Under the pieces are notes generated by a model that saw only the letters and a program-made list of their open reading frames with translations, was not told the DNA's origin and searched no databases. From positions 640,001 through 704,000 of the forward strand of contig CAWGMA010000003.1 in NCBI GenBank assembly GCA_963823555.1: a stretch of 64,000 bases of DNA, given 5' to 3'. Below, in pieces: positions 1 to 8,486 of the stretch. Each line of letters opens with the position of its first letter. The first letter of the stretch is position 1. The translations under genes were made by a program, and so were the position numbers. Source of the DNA: Candidatus Eiseniibacteriota bacterium (GTDB lineage Bacteria > Eisenbacteria > RBG-16-71-46 > CAVPCR01).

Positions 1-1
1 C

Positions 2-2083
2 CACCAGTCGACCCCCGACGTCGTAGAGCCGCAACTCAGGCACAACCCCTGCTCCCATCCACTCGATCGTCCCCACACCCCGCAGCGGGTTCGGCAGCAC
101 TCGCAGGAGCGGGCTAATCCTCGGCGCTCCTTCATCCGCAATGCCGATCGGTGCCGCACACGCCACCGGGTGAGCCCCGATCAGCCCGCACCCTACCGGG
201 GAATGCGCGGGGGCGCAGGGCGAGGTTTCCGCCAGCGTGTAGTCTCCAGCCACCGCATTGCAGAAGAGCGGGTCGGCAGAGAAGCAACCGTTGATTCCCA
301 GCTGATCCGCGATGCACCCGGTCCAGTCGCCCCCTGCGTTCCCATAGATATTGGTGCAGGACAGCACCGGTGGTACTGCTTGACAGCGGATGGCCTCCCC
401 CCCCGCTCCAAAGGCAATGATCGAGTTCTCAATCGATACCGGTAGCCCCGAGATCACTCCCCCCCCAAGGGGCGCCCCGTTCCCGACCAATGTGCATCTG
501 GAGAACATCACATGAAGGGATGTGGCGGGTCCCGTTACGGCGACCCCTCCCCCAGTGCTGCCAGCTGTGTTTTGCTCAAAGGTACAGCCACTAACAGATG
601 CACTCCGATCGTTGTACATAAAAACTCCGCCGCCTTCACTAGCGTAGTTTCCGGAGAACCAGCTGTCTTCGATCACAAGTTCCTGGAATGTGATCCAGTA
701 CAGCCCCCCTCCCCGGCGGCTTGCCGAATTGCGATGGAATTCGCAATGGATGACAGCAGCCCCCGGCACAGCGCCACCCGACGGAATGCACCCGCCTCCA
801 TCGAGGAAGGCGTAGTTTTGGTCAAAGCGGCAGTCAGTTATTTCCTTTCCACCCCACAGCCCTCCTCCAGACAGGGCGCTATTGCCCTCGAAGACACAAT
901 CGCGCAGGCGACCACTGCAGTTTGCCCCCCCGCCGACATGATCAGCGTGATTGTTCACGAACTCGCAACGCTCGACAAGCGCGTCGCGAGAGCCGATCGA
1001 CATTCCTCCGCCCGCCGCACCGCTGTTCTCTGTACCAAGCGAGCGGTTCGAAACGAATCTGCTGTCTGCAATGTATGGTTCGATATTCAATTGCTCAAAG
1101 GCCAAGAAGTGAATACCTCCGCCACCCGCGTACGTGGATGCAGGCACAGACAGCGTCGCGTTGTCTTCGAATGTGCATCCCGTAACCCTGAACGACTCCA
1201 CTCTCTCTGCTCGTATCCCCCCACCACTCCAATCCGCTGCATTCTGTCTGAACGTGCAGTCATTAACGCTAGCGGTTCCACCGAGGAGGTACATCCCTGC
1301 ACCCTCTTTGCCCCTGTTCTCCACAAAGCTACATCGTTCGACCGTGAGATCGCAGCCTGAGGAATAGACTCCCCCAGCTCTATTGACCGGTATGTTGGCC
1401 ACGAAGCTGCAGTCGGACAAGGTCGCCGACGCCCCAAGCGTCACATATACCGCCGCCCCGATACTCGCAACGTTCTGAGAAAACGAACAACCCGCAGCAT
1501 CAACGATCGCGCTCTCCGCGTACAGGCCACCGCCCCAGTTGTCGGCCGCGTTGCCTGCGAACTCGCAGTCGACGAGTGCCACGCTTGATGAAACAAAAAC
1601 CCCGCCACCCGCGTTCGCATGGTTCGACTCGAAGCGGCACTCGACTAGCATCGGCGTGGCCGCCCCCTCAATCAGTACCGCCCCTCCAAAGGTCCCTTGC
1701 GCAGACCCACTCCGGATCGTGAAGCCGCTGACCAGCGCCGCCTCCCCGGAGTGGAAGTGAATCCCTCTCCCCAGCCCCTGGCAATCTATGACCGTCATCA
1801 TTGCTCCACTCGAAGAGAGGAGAACGAGGTCCTTGCCGAGGAAATCCAGGTTGCGATTGCCGGGTCCGGTGTAGGTGCCCGAGGCAACGAGGACGGTGTC
1901 GCCGGAGGATGCGGCGCTCAGTCCAGCTTGGATTGTCGGCTCAACAGAGGGGACATGGATTACCCCAGCCCCAGCCGACTTGGCAATCCCCAAGGCGACG
2001 ACGACAGAGAGACGTAGCACCTGCTTTGTGAAAGACAACTGCTCGCCTGATCTAGGCAGTTGCAGGCCTGATGAGTACGGCAT
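2..2083 (-). CDS. Secreted right-handed beta-helix repeat protein with C-terminal FlgD-Ig/T9SS-like domain (3' end runs off window)
   Basis: Not in the ORF track because there is no stop in the window. Manual translation from ATG 2083 (or GTG 2020) gives hydrophobic VLRLSVVVALGIAKSAGAG, then HVPSVEPTIQAGLSAASSGDTVLVASGTY, many GGG/CxFxxN repeats, SPCAPAHSPVGCGLIGA, and LRVLPNP...LRLYDVGGRLV at the edge. Confidence 0.85.
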   Translation of the reverse strand, partial: MPYSSGLQLPRSGEQLSFTKQVLRLSVVVALGIAKSAGAGVIHVPSVEPTIQAGLSAASSGDTVLVASGTYTGPGNRNLDFLGKDLVLLSSSGAMMTVIDCQGLGRGIHFHSGEAALVSGFTIRSGSAQGTFGGAVLIEGAATPMLVECRFESNHANAGGGVFVSSSVALVDCEFAGNAADNWGGGLYAESAIVDAAGCSFSQNVASIGAAVYVTLGASATLSDCSFVANIPVNRAGGVYSSGCDLTVERCSFVENRGKEGAGMYLLGGTASVNDCTFRQNAADWSGGGIRAERVESFRVTGCTFEDNATLSVPASTYAGGGGIHFLAFEQLNIEPYIADSRFVSNRSLGTENSGAAGGGMSIGSRDALVERCEFVNNHADHVGGGANCSGRLRDCVFEGNSALSGGGLWGGKEITDCRFDQNYAFLDGGGCIPSGGAVPGAAVIHCEFHRNSASRRGGGLYWITFQELVIEDSWFSGNYASEGGGVFMYNDRSASVSGCTFEQNTAGSTGGGVAVTGPATSLHVMFSRCTLVGNGAPLGGGVISGLPVSIENSIIAFGAGGEAIRCQAVPPVLSCTNIYGNAGGDWTGCIADQLGINGCFSADPLFCNAVAGDYTLAETSPCAPAHSPVGCGLIGAHPVACAAPIGIADEGAPRISPLLRVLPNPLRGVGTIEWMGAGVVPELRLYDVGGRLV

Positions 2084-2092
2084 GGCGGATCC

Positions 2093-2479
2093 CTATGGTG
2101 CGCACGTCTCACAGACTGTAATGCACCCTCCACTTTCGGCGGTAACGGGATAGTAGCCAGACAAATCACTTCCAGTTGCCACGATATCACAGGTGAATTG
2201 GTAGTTCACGCCACAACCGGTTCCTGCGTAGAACTCGACATCGGTGTAGAGGTTGTCGAGAGCGAAGCTAGAGCAAGAACCCGCGCTGATTGAGGTAGGA
2301 CACGAAGTAACCCGGATGGACCAGCTGGTCGTTATGCTTGCATTGTCCCCACAGGGCGGGTCGCTCACGGGATCGTAGATCCTCAAGTACACGTTCGCGC
2401 ATTCTGGCTGTGCCGTGCACACGCCGTAGCTCAGTCCCACCATTGCCACGAGCATCACGAAAAGGACACTTGCCTTCAT
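2093..2479 (-). CDS. Small secreted Cys-rich protein (128 aa, 10 Cys)
   Basis: GGAGGTGG RBS before ATG 2479, signal peptide MKASVLFVMLVAMVGLSYG, ends GCITVCETCAP. Confidence 0.8.
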   Translation of the reverse strand: MKASVLFVMLVAMVGLSYGVCTAQPECANVYLRIYDPVSDPPCGDNASITTSWSIRVTSCPTSISAGSCSSFALDNLYTDVEFYAGTGCGVNYQFTCDIVATGSDLSGYYPVTAESGGCITVCETCAP

Positions 2480-2536
2480 GATCCACCTCCCGCTGGACTC
2501 CAGTTGCTCGTCGGGCCTCATCGTCGGGCGGCTTGG

Positions 2537-2667
2537 CGCCGGGACCTGCGTGGGTCGCCGGGCGGTGAGGTCTGGCCTGGTCCCAGCTCGCGATTGAGCC
2601 GGCGGCCACGCTTTCCAGAGTGCTCCTGCGATCGACCCAGAAGCAAGCGGAGAATCTGCGGGCGGTG
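2537..2667 (-). promoter_or_regulatory. Conserved leader/promoter, copy A
   Basis: Aligns by eye with 5669-5796, sharing an identical 19-bp core GGCGGTGAGGTCTGGCCTG. The minus strand has a TTGCTT-N18-CACTCT candidate promoter. Confidence 0.65.
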
Positions 2668-2812
2668 GCAATTACGATAAGAGGTTATCCAGGTTGCTGT
2701 TACATGAGAAGCTGAGATTTCGTCCGGCGCGCCGACGCGGATGGCAGGGGCAGGGTTCTGCAGCCTTGACCCGCCGTCCCCCCGAGGCACCATTGGCTCC
2801 GAGGACCAACCC

Positions 2813-3251
2813 ATGCCCCACCTTTCCCCTACCACCCTAACCGCCGCCGAGCAGCGTAGCCTGCTGGTTGCGACGGCTGCACGCCCCCGCGGCCACACCA
2901 TCTTCTCGCTGGCCCTCAGCACCGGCCTGAGACTGGGCGAGATCGTTGGCCTCAACGTCGGTGACGTGTACCACCCCGACGGCACGCCTCGCACTCGTGT
3001 TCACTTGCGCCGCGAGATCGCGAAGGGCGGGCGAGCTGGCGACGTGTTCCTACCCGACGCGCTGGTCGAGAAGCTTGCGCGGTTCTGGCTCTACAAACAG
3101 GCGCGCCACGAGCGTCTCGATGCCTCATCCCCGCTCTTCTGCAAACCAGGGGCGACGCCGCATCTCACGGCGCCGGGTGCAGGTGCTCTTCCGGGCTTGG
3201 CAAACCGTCGCCGGGTTCTCGCGGCTTTATCCCTTCCACGCCTTGCGCCAT
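2813..3251 (+). pseudogene. Short tyrosine recombinase, frameshifted and 3'-truncated
   Basis: TGLRLGEIVGL (box I Arg) and IAKGG in one frame, FHALRH (HxxR) in another. There is an extra A at ~3143, and no catalytic Tyr segment follows. Confidence 0.85.
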
Positions 3252-3356
3252 TATGCCGCGCTCCGGATTATGCCGCGGAGACTTGGAAAGTGCTTGTTTG
3301 GCAAGCAGTTAACGCTGCGGAGCTGCACGACGACGCGGCATAAGCCTAACGTCTCC

Positions 3357-3788
3357 TCACCTGGTCGCAGTGCCAGAGGAGGAGGAGACATGAGAGGAGG
3401 ATTTCGCTTCGGCCCGGCTGTGGGCCACCGTCCACGCCGCGGTCGCTAAGGAGATGGCATGCAGCAGGCCGGACCGGACGTGCCGCGTCCAGCCTTTCGG
3501 CAGCAGCGCGACGGGCTGCGAGATGTGAAAGGACACCATCCTGCGCCTCCCGTGAATTCCCCTGCGGGACCGACCGCTCACACAGGATAACATCCTTCTG
3601 CGCAACACGTTCCACCGCCGTGGCGGGGCCCCGAGATTCGGTGGACCAGTTCAGTGACACGCGAGTGGACATCATCCTGCGCCTCCCGGAATTCAACCGC
3701 GAGATCGTTCACTCGCACAGGATAACATCCACCACATTAACAGGTTCGACCACTGAAGCGCGGCGCCGAGATTCGCTGGACTAGTTCA
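3357..3788 (-). mobile_element. Two tandem left-end remnants of an unclassified DDE element ('element E') with transposase N-terminal fragment
   Basis: The reverse complement of ~3715-3788 is near-identical to 17103-17175. Peptide VSFHISQPVALLPKGWTRHVRSGLLHAISLA matches the 17206 ORF. Confidence 0.8.
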
Positions 3789-3826
3789 GGCAGCACGATC
3801 GACTGTTGGACAGCGCGAGTTTCATA

Positions 3827-5266
3827 CTAGCGTACTCGGACAACCGGGAGCACGCTTTCGCGGCGTCCAACGCGCGCCCTGAGGAAGTATACGCCAGGAG
3901 GCACGGCATGGCCTTCCGCGTCAACTCCAGACCATTGCCACCGATGGGCCCCCGGAGAACCGGCGCACGCCACGACAGTCGCTACGCGTCTCCCCTGCGG
4001 ATCAAAGACGGCGATTTCGATCGTGTCCGCATGTTCCATTGCCAGCTCGATTGAAATCGAAGATCTGAATGGACTCGGGAACGCGGTGAGGCGGAGTGGT
4101 GCAGAAAGAGATCCAGCGTCATTGATTCCGATGAGCGGACAGGGCCCCACCGCTCCGATGAGTCCACATCCCGGCGGGGAGTTCTCTGGAAGAAGCGGCG
4201 ATCCCGGGAGCAGACAGAACGAGCCAAAGGGTAGATCGTAGCAACCTCCGATCCCATACAGCGGATCCTCGGAGATGTTACCTTCCACTCCGATGGCATC
4301 CTCGCAGGTGCCGATGATATTCGCGGGTGTGTTCCCGGCTAGGTTGTTGCATTCAAGAGCAATCGTCCCGGGCGAAAAGACGCACTCCAGTCCATATCCA
4401 TCGTTATCCGTAATGCAGTTATTTCGAAACGCGAGCGTTTGCCCTGCTCCTGGGCTAAGCACGACGGTAGCCGTTGGCGGATCGCTGAGACTCCGGTTAA
4501 CAACGAAGGTGTTACCCTCGATGAGCGAAGACGGGCCGCTTGCGGAGCCGATGAGTGCTCCCGCAGCATGCTTTGCCCAATTGCAGACGATGAGGTTCTC
4601 TCGCATTACAGCCGTATAGGCGTAGATGCCACCGCCGCTGTTGGAGGCGGTCGTCAAGAAGGTGTTGGCGAATATCTCGTTGCGCTCAAGGACAAGCTCG
4701 GATCCTTGTGACATCTGATAGATCCCCACTCCGCTCCCGTTCAACGACTCGATCGAATTCGCATAGATCTTGTTGTCCGTGAGCCGCGCCACTGAGGCAA
4801 CACAGACGCCCGCTCCTCCTCCTCCGGCGAGAGGCCCTGGCTCGAGTCGGTTGTCTGTAATCCAGTTGTTCCTAAGAAGCGGACCAGGATAGGATCCGGA
4901 GCCCACATATATTCCACCTCCCAGACGCCCAAAGGGCCGTGTCAGCCCCGATCCCCCCCGGATCGTGAATCCATCGATGACCGTGCCCGGTCCTGGGCTG
5001 AAGACACGTAACGTGGTGATGTCCTCTCCGGAGCCGTCGATGATCGTCTGCTCCGGACCTGCAAAGCTCTTGAGAACAAGATCGACCGCGATTATGGGAT
5101 TTTCCAGATAGACTCCCGGATGCACAAGAACCGTATCACCCGGTGCAGATGCATCAACGGCCGCCTGGATTGTGGCATACTGAGTAGGGACCACCCTCGT
5201 TCCGCCAAGAACGGTCCGGCTGCCAAGCAAGCAGCACGATAGAAGAAGGACAGATCGCCAGTGCAT
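3827..5266 (-). CDS. Secreted right-handed beta-helix repeat protein with FlgD-Ig/T9SS-like C-terminal domain
   Basis: Signal peptide from ATG 5266, VPTQYATIQAAVDASAPGDTVLVHPGVY, GCGLIGA, and AFPSPF...FDPQGRRV...WSG...PGVYFLR tail. Confidence 0.88.
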   Translation of the reverse strand: MHWRSVLLLSCCLLGSRTVLGGTRVVPTQYATIQAAVDASAPGDTVLVHPGVYLENPIIAVDLVLKSFAGPEQTIIDGSGEDITTLRVFSPGPGTVIDGFTIRGGSGLTRPFGRLGGGIYVGSGSYPGPLLRNNWITDNRLEPGPLAGGGGAGVCVASVARLTDNKIYANSIESLNGSGVGIYQMSQGSELVLERNEIFANTFLTTASNSGGGIYAYTAVMRENLIVCNWAKHAAGALIGSASGPSSLIEGNTFVVNRSLSDPPTATVVLSPGAGQTLAFRNNCITDNDGYGLECVFSPGTIALECNNLAGNTPANIIGTCEDAIGVEGNISEDPLYGIGGCYDLPFGSFCLLPGSPLLPENSPPGCGLIGAVGPCPLIGINDAGSLSAPLRLTAFPSPFRSSISIELAMEHADTIEIAVFDPQGRRVATVVACAGSPGAHRWQWSGVDAEGHAVPPGVYFLRARVGRRESVLPVVRVR

Positions 5267-5277
5267 GCTACTTCTAG

Positions 5278-5619
5278 CTATGGGCTGCACTTGCAGAGTT
5301 CGATGCAGTTGCCGTTCACGCTGTCGACCCGATATATGGCATTGACCTCCAGGCTGACCGCATGAATCGTAGGCCCCGCACACTCGCTTTGCTGTGTGCA
5401 GGTAGAGGCCGTACACGTGGAGTACTGGTTCAGGAAGGTATTATTGCAGGCACTTGTGTTCACTGACATGTCGAATGACACGATGTGGAGGTACTGGTAG
5501 AGAGAGGGGACGGTGCCGGACTGAACATAGGCTGGTTTGAGATCACAGTCCGGATCGGCGTAGGCGAGGGGGAAGGCCACAATGAGTGCGAGGACGGCGA
5601 AGCAAAGGACGATCTTCAT
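5278..5619 (-). CDS. Small secreted Cys-rich protein (113 aa)
   Basis: AAGGAG RBS, signal peptide ending AYA, 8 Cys in the mature part, ends NCIELCKCSP. Confidence 0.8.
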   Translation of the reverse strand: MKIVLCFAVLALIVAFPLAYADPDCDLKPAYVQSGTVPSLYQYLHIVSFDMSVNTSACNNTFLNQYSTCTASTCTQQSECAGPTIHAVSLEVNAIYRVDSVNGNCIELCKCSP

Positions 5620-5668
5620 GACGACTCCTTACGCTGGCATGCTGGCAACTCGCCAGACCAATCACTAA

Positions 5669-5796
5669 CGCCGGGACCTCGTGGGGTCGCCAGGCGGTGA
5701 GGTCTGGCCTGATCCCAGGCTCCTATGAGCCGTAGAACCGAGTTCAAGGATGCTCCCCGGATCGCCCAGAAACAAGCGAAACATCAGCGGGAGGTG
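5669..5796 (-). promoter_or_regulatory. Conserved leader/promoter, copy B
   Basis: Homologous to 2537-2667. TTGTTT-N17-CATCCT candidate promoter on the minus strand. Confidence 0.65.
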
Positions 5797-5801
5797 AGAC
5801 T

Positions 5802-7202
5802 GGAGTGAGTGCTAGCCTTCGTTGAAAAGTAGACGGCTCCAGGTAGGATGTGCCGGTTCGCTTCCAAACGATCGGTACACCCAGAACCAGGAGCCGGTGA
5901 TGAGAAGAGTAGTCCGGAAGAAGGCTGGACGGAAGTCCCAAGTGTCGGTGGCGGCTGAGGCGGCGATCTTGGATCTCGACGCGCGTGTCGCCATGATCCA
6001 GGCGTTGATCCCCCTCGGCCTGGAGAAGATCGGAGAAGAGCTCAAGGGATCGGTCGAGGAGCTGGTCGGGCCGCGGTACCAGCGGACCGGAGAAGATCGG
6101 CGCTACTACCGCTGGGGATCGGGACAGGGATCGGTATACTTGGCGGACCAGAAGGTTCGGGTGCGGGTACCTCGCGTGCGGGACGTTCACGCGAACGAGG
6201 AGATTCGATTGCCGGTCTACGAGCGGTTGCAGGAGCCGCACGCAGGAGATCGGCAGCTGCTCGGGCGACTGCTGCGCGGGTTGGGATGCCGGAACTACGC
6301 CGAGACGGCGGCGCTGGTGCCCGAGGTGTTCGGCCTCTCGGCTTCGACGGTGTCGCGGCGTTTCATCCGGGCCAGCGGCCAGAAACTCCAGGAACTCATG
6401 GAGCGCGATCTTTCGGGGTACGACATCGTCGGATTGTTCTTGGACGGGAAGGCGTTCGCCGACGATGAGATCGTGATCGCCGTCGGCATCACGATTACCG
6501 GGGATAAGGTCATCCTCGGTCTGATCCAAACGGCGAGCGAGAACACGGCAGTGTGCCGTGAGTTCCTCGCGTCGCTGGTAGAGCGCGGGCTTCATTTCGA
6601 TCACGGGCTGTACTGCGTGGTTGACGGAGCGAAGGGGCTTCACCGAGCGGTCGAGACGGTGTTCGCAGGGTGCGTGGTGATCCAGAGGTGCCGGTGGCAC
6701 AAGCGGGAGAACGTGCTCGCCTACCTGCCGATCAGTCAACGGCCCGTCATGCGGCGAAAGCTCCAGGCGGCGTACCAGCAACCGACGTACGAGAAGGCGA
6801 AGGCGGCGCTGAAACGCGTACGAAGTGAGCTTGCCCTCATGAACCAATCGGCCGCTCGCAGTCTGGATGAAGGTCTCGAGGAGACGTTGACGCTCCACCG
6901 CCTGGGGCTGGCGAAGGAACTCGGCATCTCTTTCTCGACCACAAACGTGATCGAGTCGATCCTGGGCCACGTCGGCCGGTTGACCGATCATATCGATCGC
7001 TACCGGAACAGCGATCAGAAACAGCGCTGGGTTGGAACGGCGCTGACAACGATCGAACCGCGGTTGCGGCGGGTGCGGGGCAAGCACCATCTTCGGGCTC
7101 TTCGCGAAGCGATTCAGAGGGAGCTCGGCATCAGCAAGCGTCAGGCGGTGGCTTGACATGGACGAGAGCCGTCACTTTTCAACGAGAAATGGCATTGACT
7201 CC
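5802..7202 (+). mobile_element. IS256-family insertion sequence
   Basis: Imperfect terminal IRs GGAGTGAGTGCTAGCCTTCGTTGAAAAGTAGACGGCTC and GGAGTCAATGCCATTTCTCGTTGAAAAGTGACGGCTC enclose a transposase. No target duplication. Confidence 0.9.
5900..7156 (+). CDS. IS256 (mutator-type) transposase
   Basis: VPRVRD, LFLDG, VVDGAKGL, QRCRWHKREN and STTNVIES motifs. Confidence 0.92.
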   Translation: MRRVVRKKAGRKSQVSVAAEAAILDLDARVAMIQALIPLGLEKIGEELKGSVEELVGPRYQRTGEDRRYYRWGSGQGSVYLADQKVRVRVPRVRDVHANEEIRLPVYERLQEPHAGDRQLLGRLLRGLGCRNYAETAALVPEVFGLSASTVSRRFIRASGQKLQELMERDLSGYDIVGLFLDGKAFADDEIVIAVGITITGDKVILGLIQTASENTAVCREFLASLVERGLHFDHGLYCVVDGAKGLHRAVETVFAGCVVIQRCRWHKRENVLAYLPISQRPVMRRKLQAAYQQPTYEKAKAALKRVRSELALMNQSAARSLDEGLEETLTLHRLGLAKELGISFSTTNVIESILGHVGRLTDHIDRYRNSDQKQRWVGTALTTIEPRLRRVRGKHHLRALREAIQRELGISKRQAVA

Positions 7203-7685
7203 GGTCTTGTGCTTGAGGAAAGCACCGTGAAACGAATGGCTGAGCTTGGTGTTCTTAACTCTCCCCAGTTGTTCCTGCCCTTGCAGCCGACTGCGGACAA
7301 TCCGGTGTTTCAGGATCCGATCCAGCAGGCAAAGCTGAAGATTGTCGCTGATGGAACACGCAATGCGATCGCCCTGGCAAAGAAGCATAAGCTCACCATC
7401 CTCTGGGGGACGGACGTCTTTTTTGGCAGCGCTCCCTTCAATGCCTTCACCCAGGAATTTGCCTATTGCGACGAGTTCTTTACCCCCACCAAACAGCTCA
7501 AACAAATAACGGGTAACAATGGAAAAGTCCTCGCGCTTTCTGGACTCAAAAATCCTTATCCCGGGGCTGAACTGGGCGTGATCAAGGAAGGCGCATTTGC
7601 GGATAGCATCTTGGTCAACGGTGACCCGACCAAGGACATTCGCTTGCTGATGGATGCAGGGAAGAACATCGATCTCAGTCCCTGA
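7203..7685 (+). pseudogene. C-terminal fragment of metal-dependent amidohydrolase
   Basis: WGTD and GVIKEGAFADSILVNGDP motifs. Begins exactly at the IS256 right end. Confidence 0.8.
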
Positions 7686-8486
7686 TTCGCAGGCGTTTAT
7701 CGAGTGTGCCGCCGGGAGAATCCGTGGCAATTCTCCCGGCGGTCCGGTTATCGAGGCCCCTGATGTTCAACCACGAAGGGCCAACAGAGAGAAGCCGTGA
7801 CCGAACCTCCGGGTGAATCTTGCCACCGGACGAGGACCGGGGCCATAGCCAACGCCAACCCCCCAGGCAGGGCGTCGCGGTTGGTCTTGACGCGGATCGC
7901 GGGCGAATTGGCGTTGCGCCACTCCATCACTTCCTCGGCGGAGATTTCACGGAACTCTCTGTTTCACACGGACTTCCCACTGCTGAACGGGTTGCAGGCA
8001 TGATCGGCACGGATGGCCCTGCGGTAGAGGGGCTGGAGAACAATGTCCGTGTAGCCTGCCAGAAGATCCGATTGTCCCCCCAAAGACCTTGTTCGATCCG
8101 GCGACTGAATGCTACTCTCCCGGCGGTGGAGTCGAAATCGCCGGGTGCGAACCGGGCTGTATTGGCCGTGGGGGCAACGGACTCCTTGCCGACTCGTCGT
8201 CGGCAGGGGACGCCGCGAATTGGCTCACGGCCGAGGGCTGGACGAACGCATTCTATGCTTCCCCGGTGGATTGTGGCGGTGGCGTGCCCGATTCACGGCC
8301 AGAGTCAGCGGGCATGGAGGGGGGCGGTCAAGCGCCTCTCCTCTGATGAATTCGATGCCGTGTTCCTGGACGGTGCTCTTTGGAAGCGCGGCAACATCGG
8401 TCAGGGCATCCATATCGATCCCGGGCGCGAGAGAAGTGCTCGACAAGAAGTAGTAATCACGACCCTAAAAAAGCGGAGGTATACGG

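Noticed and set aside
512..1360. 282-aa plus-strand ORF and similar long ORFs (5744-7159 -, 25498-26868 -, 39367-40554 -, 44443-45564 +, 59929-61503 -, 62870-64000 -)
   Set aside because: These are shadow frames overlapping well-supported genes in GC-rich DNA, with no recognisable motifs.
3530..3790. Repeated CAGGATAACATCC / GAGATTCG motifs as a CRISPR array
   Set aside because: Only two tandem units, the intervening sequences are related to each other, there are no cas genes, and the motifs match transposon ends at 17103, 20128 and 21097.
2741..3830. Classical integron (intI/attC)
   Set aside because: The recombinase is short with no visible IntI-specific insertion, and I saw no RYYYAAC...GTTRRRY attC sites after the genes.
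7690..8450. Possible gene(s) between the amidohydrolases
   Set aside because: Only short Pro/Arg-rich frames with no recognisable family. It may be a decayed minus-strand gene, but I cannot support a call.
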